DNA from: Eledone cirrhosa
Lineage: Eukaryota
DNA: 64,000 nt
NCBI GenBank assembly: GCA_964016885.1
Contig: OZ024751.1
Location: 20,646,001 to 20,710,000 of the forward strand
Direction of reading: 5' to 3'
The notes under the pieces are model-generated. The model was given only the letters and a program-made list of their open reading frames with translations, did no database searches and was not told where the DNA came from. Position 1 is the stretch's first letter; every line of letters begins with the position of its first letter. Both the position numbers and the translations under genes were made by a program. Below, piece by piece: positions 57,293 through 64,000 of this stretch.

Positions 57293-57358
57293 GTCCCCCG
57301 AAAATGTATACACATTTCAACATAATTCTAAAAAATATGTATATACATTTTGTGGGGA
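57287..57358. mobile_element. Tiny Tc1/mariner-like MITE remnant at a TA site
   Basis: TAGGGTGTCCCCCGAAAATGTATACACATTT...AAATATGTATATACATTTTGTGGGGA forms an inverted repeat. The right terminus is incomplete. Confidence 0.6.
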
Positions 57359-57370
57359 GAGGGAGAGGTA

Positions 57371-57404
<34 letters not shown>

Positions 57405-57407
57405 TAC

Positions 57408-57473
<66 letters not shown>

Positions 57474-57526
57474 TAAATGTCATTCTTACATAACAATGTG
57501 AAATTATGTATGTGAGCTTATATACA

Positions 57527-57558
<32 letters not shown>

Positions 57559-57658
57559 CACACACAAGCATGTATATATATATATATATATTTGTATGTA
57601 TATATATATAGAGAGAGAGATAGATATATATATGTATGTGTGTGTGTGTGTGTGTGTG

Positions 57659-57698
<40 letters not shown>

Positions 57699-57825
57699 CA
57701 CAGATACATACATATATATATATACAGTGTGAACCTTTGGTAAGGAATGAAAAATACACTGCTAAATTATCTTCTTTGTCCTTTGCAGCCGACACGAACA
57801 AGGATTGTAAATGGCTGGTCATTAT

Positions 57826-58288
57826 TTTAGTACCAGTAATACACTGGGAAATTGCTGGCCTTGTGCCAAAAGTAGAAACAATTATTTTGCATAGATTGGC
57901 AGTATCGGTAGAGGGTCGGACGCCATGCTTTCCAGCATAGTTACGTCCCTTTACGATCTGAGTTCAAATCCCGCCGAGGTTGACTTTGCCGTTCATCCTT
58001 ACGGGGTCGATAAAATAAAGTACCAGTAATGCACTGGGTAATTGCTGGCCTTGTGCCTAAAGTAGAAACAATTATTTTGCATGTGATAAGGGCGGTGAAT
58101 TGGCAGTATCGGTAGAGGGTCGGACGCCATGCCTTCTAGCATAGAGTTACGCCCCTTTATGCTCTGAGTTCAAATCCCACCGCGGTTAACTTAGCCTTTC
58201 ATCCTTACGGGGTCGATACAATAAAGTACCAGTAATTAACTGCGATAATTGCTGGCCATGTGCCAATAGTAGAAACAATTATTTTGCA
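57826..58288 (+). mobile_element. SINE family 1 head-to-tail array (partial + 2 copies)
   Basis: Junction AGTAGAAACAATTATTTTGCAT occurs three times. Confidence 0.92.
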
Positions 58289-58331
58289 TGTGATGTTTAT
58301 GTGTGCGTTAGTGTGTATATATATATATATA

Positions 58332-58381
<50 letters not shown>

Positions 58382-58838
58382 TGTGTGTGTGTATATGAGT
58401 GTGTGTTGTTTATGTGTATGTTTCTGTGTGAATGTGCGTATGTGTATGTATATGTTTTTTTATGTGAGTTTGTAAGTGTGCATGTATGTGTACGTATTTT
58501 CTATGTGTACGTGTATGTGCGTGTGAATGTGCACACGTGTGTATATGTATATATGTGTATGTGATGTTTGTGTGTGTGTGTGTATGTGTGTTTTTGTGTA
58601 TATATGTGTAAGTGTTGTTTATGTACATGCGTATATGCTGGTGTGAATGTCCTTATGTGTGTATGTATGTGACCCTTACGTGTATGTGTATGTGCGTACG
58701 TGTATGTGTATATATGTGTGTGTATGTGTTCTTTATGTGTGAGTGTTGTGTGTGCGTGTCTTCATATATGTGAGTAATTTTATGTGTGTGTATGAGTGTG
58801 ACATATGTGCACGTGCGCAAGAGCACGCGTACGTCTCC

Positions 58839-58915
<77 letters not shown>

Positions 58916-59042
58916 AGACAACAGTGAGGTGGGGTGCCGCTATTTTCTCCCCCACCCCAAGCCTCTGTATATTCCTTATCACCTCTAAATTCCAGCCTCA
59001 CCCTTATGCACCATACTCCACTTACCCACTTACACACATACT

Positions 59043-59092
<50 letters not shown>

Positions 59093-59699
59093 ACATACAT
59101 ATACACTACATCCCAGCAGTCCCCTCCCCCCATCCACTCACCCACACATCACCCCCTCCCAGCAGCCCTCTTATAAATGTCAAAGATAGCCAGTTTTGTT
59201 GTCAACAAGCCAAGCCAAACTTCCATCCTTACCCACACCACACACACTCATACACACCCTGCCCCTCCCCACACACCTTACCCCTCTCCACGCCTTCCCC
59301 CAAAATGGACACTGCAACCTAGAAAAACATGTCCTTGATGAATAATGGAAAGAAAACATGAAAAACAATAACAACAACAACAACAACAACAACACCTGCA
59401 GCAGAAGTAACAATAGTTAGAAACACCTGCAGCGACAACAACAATCACAACATAAGCTAGAAATAGCAGCCAAATCATCCTTGAAATCATGCACTACTGT
59501 TTGAAGAAATGATCTTTTCTATGTGTAACGTGGTCTTGGTTTTGAACCAGGATGGTCGAGGCTGGAATGTCTTTCATCATACATTTATTTGATACAGTTC
59601 ATTTAGCTGTAAGCAAAAGCTTCAACAAGCACCTTCCTCTTCAGCGAACCCCTAATCAACTTGTTTCAGGGTTTTACTTGAAGAGGAAAAATCAGGGGG

Positions 59700-60064
59700 A
59701 ATAATACAGAAGTGTTGCTTTCCAGGAAGTTTGATGAAAGATGGATGAGAGTGGCCCCAATGAATGGACCTGCTCTGAGGATACCATATGTAGACTGGAG
59801 AAGGTTATCTGGGAGGCGGCAATTGTCCCAGCGGTCAGGGTGTCCTGTCTGTGGCTATTTGTGGGCTTTTACCAACAGTGACCCCACAGAGTTCTACTCC
59901 CACCCTCTATTGCACCTTTTGTTTTGTTTGATTTTTAATATGTTTAGGTTTTTAGATTTGTTATAATATTTTTACACACAAAACCCCACATTGTATCGTC
60001 TTGTGTTGTTTTTATTGTTTTTCTTAATATGGTTAATAAAGACACTATTGTTGTTATTATTATT
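59700..60064 (+). mobile_element. Probable 3' end of an L1/Tx1-type LINE
   Basis: LLSRKFDERWMRVA resembles the F..rW C-terminus of Tx1 ORF2. T-rich 3' UTR, AATAAA and (TTA)n tail. Confidence 0.5.
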
Positions 60065-60190
60065 CAAGTTCCACTTGGAAAGGAAGGTGAGGATTGAGAG
60101 GGAAATGGTCCCCCACCTACATGAAGTTCTTGTCTGGTGATAAACAAGCGAAACTCCAGAGTAATACGAATCACTATTCAGCCTTAAAAC

Positions 60191-60254
<64 letters not shown>

Positions 60255-60256
<2 letters not shown>

Positions 60257-60420
60257 CTGTTGAAACGGCCGGAGCTCAGCCGTCGGGGTCTCGAATTTTT
60301 CATATTTTTCATATATATATATATAGTCTCGAACTAGCCGTCGAGTCCCGCTTGATTATAATATATACATACTCTACTACACCAAATATCGATTATTCTG
60401 TTGAGTATTGGTCTAAATAG
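60255..60420 (+). mobile_element. Degenerate, interrupted PLE-end family A copy
   Basis: GAAACGGCCGGAGCTCAGCCGTCGGGGTC and a diverged tail. Confidence 0.7.
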
Positions 60421-60431
60421 TTTTATACACA

Positions 60432-60551
<120 letters not shown>

Positions 60552-61416
60552 ATGCGTGTGTGTGTGTAAAAGAATCAAAGAACGCCTACATACTCATACA
60601 CAATTTTTATTTGCTGACAATGTTTCATCCATACCATGGGGCAGGAATCATCAGAGCTTTATAAACAAAAATACAGTGCTGAGTATAAGCTCTACCAAGC
60701 TTAGTCACATGAACATTAGATATACAGTACAGGATAATAAGAGGGAGATCGGAAATTGAAAGGATGGAGAGAATGCGCAATGGGGTTGTTATTCAACATT
60801 ACAGCTACATATGAGGATATAGGCAGATTTTCTCACAAGAAGTGGAAGCACGTGAGGGCACACAGAAACAAATAAAGCATTTAACGATAGTTAAAAAATA
60901 TAATAATAATAAAGTAAAAGAAAAATAATAATATAAAAAGATAAATAAATAATTAAAAAAATAATTAAAAAATTAAAGCACACAAAAGCACCAGAGGAAG
61001 TTATGCATTGGTCATTATATAGAACAGGTGATTTAGTTTTCCATGACTTAGAGTAATAGAAATACTAAGAGGCCCCTAAGGTACCTTCATAAAGTCCAAA
61101 GGGGATTTTATTCCTCCCCATAGTATACATAATCAGGGTATTCTAGTAGGTTACGGAATTACGTGGACCAGGCGTGCTAAACCTGCACATAGACAGTCAC
61201 CACATCAATACAAGCCAAACACAAACAAAGCGGGGTTAATGCATGATCAAGCTGAAGCAAACAATACACAACAAATATGGTTTAGTCCCTGTAAAAAAAC
61301 ACTTCTGGCGAGGAGTCACAAAAAAAAAATATATATATATGAGATGGTATCACGAATGGCATTTTCCCCCGATTCCGCTCTGCTTGTCCCTTCAATCTTT
61401 CTAATTTATCATTCAT

Positions 61417-61452
61417 TCTTCTGATGAAAGACTAGCGTCCGAAATGTTAAGA
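61417..61452 (+). ncRNA. Degenerate minimal hammerhead motif of a PLE end
   Basis: TCTT-CTGATGA-AAGAC-TAGC-GTCC-GAAA-TG-TT^AAGA. Downstream GCGTTAAACTAATA as in the 24279 and 55466 family. Confidence 0.68.
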
Positions 61453-61524
61453 CCCCCGTCCTGCTATTTCAAGCGTTAAACTAATATATTCCTTCCATAT
61501 ACTGTTCTGATTGTATTGTTATTT

Positions 61525-62302
61525 CTGTGCCCGTTTTGATCAGGCAAAGACCGAATTGTGGATTTGTTGCCACGTCACGCCTTCACCACCCGGGCCCATT
61601 GACGGCTTTCATTCCCTCGTGTCTCAGAGCACGCGCTGTAGCTCTGACAACGCAGCCTTAATGCTTTGCGTTGAAGAATTGGTCGAGTGCCAATCTCGTC
61701 GCAAGCACGTCGGTTGCGATGCCTGTTCTAAACGCCTCTTCTAGCTTTCTAACTAACTCTCCTCTACTCTATTTTCCTCTATCACTACTCCTTATCGATT
61801 CAACTATAATTGACTTTTTCAGGGTAAACCACCACCTGTTGTTGATGATTGCACCTCTCAACGCACGCTTATCCGGTCTCTGTAAGCTTTGCGCACCGGG
61901 AACGACGCGTTCAGCTTCCAGTAACCGGGCCCTTGCCTATGGAGTCTATCTAAGTCAACTTCACAAATCACAAATTTGTGGTCTGTGTAGTCGACTACTT
62001 TAATTTGTGAACAACCTACACTAGCCTTATCTGTTTCCCTACAGAATACCCTATCTAAATACGATCTGGATGACCCGATGCGGTTTGCCCATGTCCACAT
62101 TGGCACATTCGGATAATCAAGTTTATACCTGTCAGACAGTTCAAAACGTCTGAGCATGTTGTTGAGGCTTTTACATCCTCCTTCAATGCCTACCAACCCC
62201 ATATATCCCAGCGTGCATCTAAGATACCGTTCCAGTCGCCTACTAACACTAAAGAGCGGGACGTTCCAAGAAAGGTCTGAAGACGTCTGAAGAAATCTGG
62301 CC
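61525..62302 (-). pseudogene. L1/Tx1-clade LINE ORF2 fragment (end of APE endonuclease + linker)
   Basis: WTWANRIGSSRSYLDRVFC...TDHKFV...GPGYWKLNAS: LDR/DH endonuclease motifs and the G..WKLN signature. Frameshifts and stops downstream. Confidence 0.9.
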
Positions 62303-62334
62303 GCTTGAGCTCTGCCGTCGGGGTTAAACATTTT

Positions 62335-62391
<57 letters not shown>

Positions 62392-62576
62392 AAGTATGAC
62401 CCCGACAGCAGAGCTCAAGCCGTTTCGACGGCTATTTCAGTCCAGAAATAGCCGTCGAAACGGCTTGAGCTATGCCGTGGGGGTCATACTTTTTCCTATT
62501 TCACACTCTACTACTCTAAGTATTGAGTACTCTGGTGCATTATGGTCCATCTGGTTCCTTACCACAATTCCTTTGT

Positions 62577-62577
<1 letters not shown>
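62303..62577 (+). mobile_element. PLE-end family A arm fragment (62303-62338) and full copy (62387-62577)
   Basis: GCCGTTTCGACGGCTATTTC-AGTCCA-GAAATAGCCGTCGAAACGGC plus tail. Confidence 0.85.
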
Positions 62578-62611
<34 letters not shown>

Positions 62612-62629
62612 GTATATATATGTATATAT

Positions 62630-62930
62630 GTGTGTGTGTGTGTGTCTGTGCGTATGTGTGTGTCTCTGTGTGTGTGTCTATGTGTGTCTGTGAGTCTTGA
62701 GTGTATGTGTGTGTGTCTGTGTGTCTGTGTGTGTCTGTGTCTGTGTGTGTGTGTGTGTGAGTCTGTGTGTGTGTGTCTGTGTCTGTGTGTGTCTGTGTGT
62801 GTCTGTGTGTGAGTCTGTGTGTGTGTGTGTGTGTGTGAGTCTGTGTGTGTGTGTCTGTGTCTGTGTGTGTCTGTGTGTGTGTGTGAGTCTGTGTGTCTGT
62901 GTCTGTGTGTGTCTGTGTGTGTGTGTGTGT
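62630..62930. repeat. (GT)n/(GTCT) degenerate array
   Basis: Direct reading. Confidence 0.95.
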
Positions 62931-63111
62931 ACAATGTATATATTCTCCTCGTTCCTATTCAAACAACAGCTACAAACGAGAGCAACTATAAGAACACAAC
63001 GAGAACACGGAAGCTAAACATGGCTGCCTCCTGATACAATACCTAACATGACACGGGGGTGGGGGGCAACATTTGATCAGATGTGAACACAACATCTATT
63101 CTACACCCTAT

Positions 63112-63995
63112 TGTGGTTGTAGTGGTAGTGGTGGTGGTCATGGTAGTAGTGGTGGTGGTGGTGGTCTTCGTTATAGTGGTGGTGGTGGTGGTGGCGGTCA
63201 TGGTAGTTGTGGTGGTGGTGGTGGTCTTCGTTATAGTGGTGATGGTGGTGGTGGTAGTAGTTGTAACAGTGGTGGTGGTGGCGGTCATGGTAGTAGTGGT
63301 GGTGGTGGTGGTGGTCTTCGTTATAGTGGTGATGGTGGTGGTGGTAGTAGTTGTAACAGTGGTGGTGGTGGTCATGGTAGTAGTGGTGGTGGTCTTCGTT
63401 ATAGTGGTGATGGTGGTGGTGGTAGTAGTTGTAACAGTGGTGGTGGTGGTGGTCATGGTAGTAGTGGTGGTGGTCTTCGTTATAGTGGTGATGGTGGTGG
63501 TGGTAGTAGTTGTAACAGTGGTGGTGGTGGTGGTCATGGTGGTAGTGGTGGTGGTCTTCGTTATAGTGGTGATGGTGGTGGTGGTAGTAGTTGTAACAGT
63601 GGTGGTGGTGGTGGTCATGGTAGTAGTGGTGGTGGTCTTCGTTATAGTGGTGATGGTGGTGGTGGTAGTAGTTGTAACAGTGGTGGTGGTGGTGGTCATG
63701 GTAGTAGTGGTGGTGGTCTTCGTTATAGTGGTGATGGTGGTGGTGGTGGTGGTGGTGGTGATAGTGCAGGTGTGATGTGGTGGTGGTGGTGGTGGTGGTG
63801 GTGAGAGCGGTGGTGGTGATGGTGGTGGTGATGATAGTGCAGGTGTGATGTGGTGGTAGTGGTGATGTTTGTGATAGTGTTGGTGGTGGTGGTAGTGGTG
63901 ATGTTTGTGATAGTGGCGGTTATGGTGGTGATGGTGATGTTAGTGATAGTGGTGGTGGTTATGGTGGTGGTGGTAGTGGTGGTAGTGGTGATGTT
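63112..63995. repeat. (GGT)n-derived ~80-bp minisatellite grading into simple (GGT)n
   Basis: GGTCTTCGTTATAGTGGT recurs eight times between 63163 and 63735. Confidence 0.95.
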
Positions 63996-64000
63996 TCTGA

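Noticed and set aside
62287-62319. CTGAAGA just upstream of a family A arm, suggesting a complete hammerhead
   Set aside because: The CTGAAGA lies inside the Tx1 reading frame (FLQTS on the minus strand) and the GAAAC box is missing here.
63073-63804. Gly/Ser-rich repeat protein (GGHGSSGGGLRYSGDGGGGSSCNS)n resembling a structural protein
   Set aside because: Other frames and the opposite strand are equally open, the array grades into plain (GGT)n, and there is no signal peptide or splice context. It cannot be fully excluded without RNA data.

Overview
Eukaryotic, gene-poor, repeat-saturated DNA. The SINE/microsatellite landscape looks like an octopod cephalopod genome (inference). Much of the window is simple repeat ((TA)n, (CA)n, (GGT)n, (ATGT)n, (GA)n, (CCAA)n), and nearly every ORF in the supplied track is a translation of these repeats. 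No host protein-coding gene can be supported. There is a 200-N scaffold gap at 1957-2156. The non-simple sequence is mobile-element debris: three tRNA-derived SINE families (one in head-to-tail arrays), three copies of a ~600-bp RTE-derived non-autonomous element, RTE and L1/Tx1 LINE fragments, hAT and mariner-like MITEs, and several minisatellites. The main discovery is that most short unique islands inside (TA)n tracts are ends of Penelope-like elements (PLEs) from at least ten families that I cannot align to each other by eye. They carry type I hammerhead ribozyme (HHR) motifs (12 loci with both CUGANGA and GAAA boxes readable by eye) and many share one architecture: a unique 3' tail plus a long fold-back hairpin. 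In several families the turn of the hairpin lies inside helix II of the ribozyme. One copy (36627-37700) retains the GIY-YIG endonuclease C-terminus and anchors the interpretation. A WGAGTRCT-like motif recurs in the tails, and inverted copies of host flanks occur inside the (TA)n tracts. Ribozyme activity and the mechanism are inferred, not shown.
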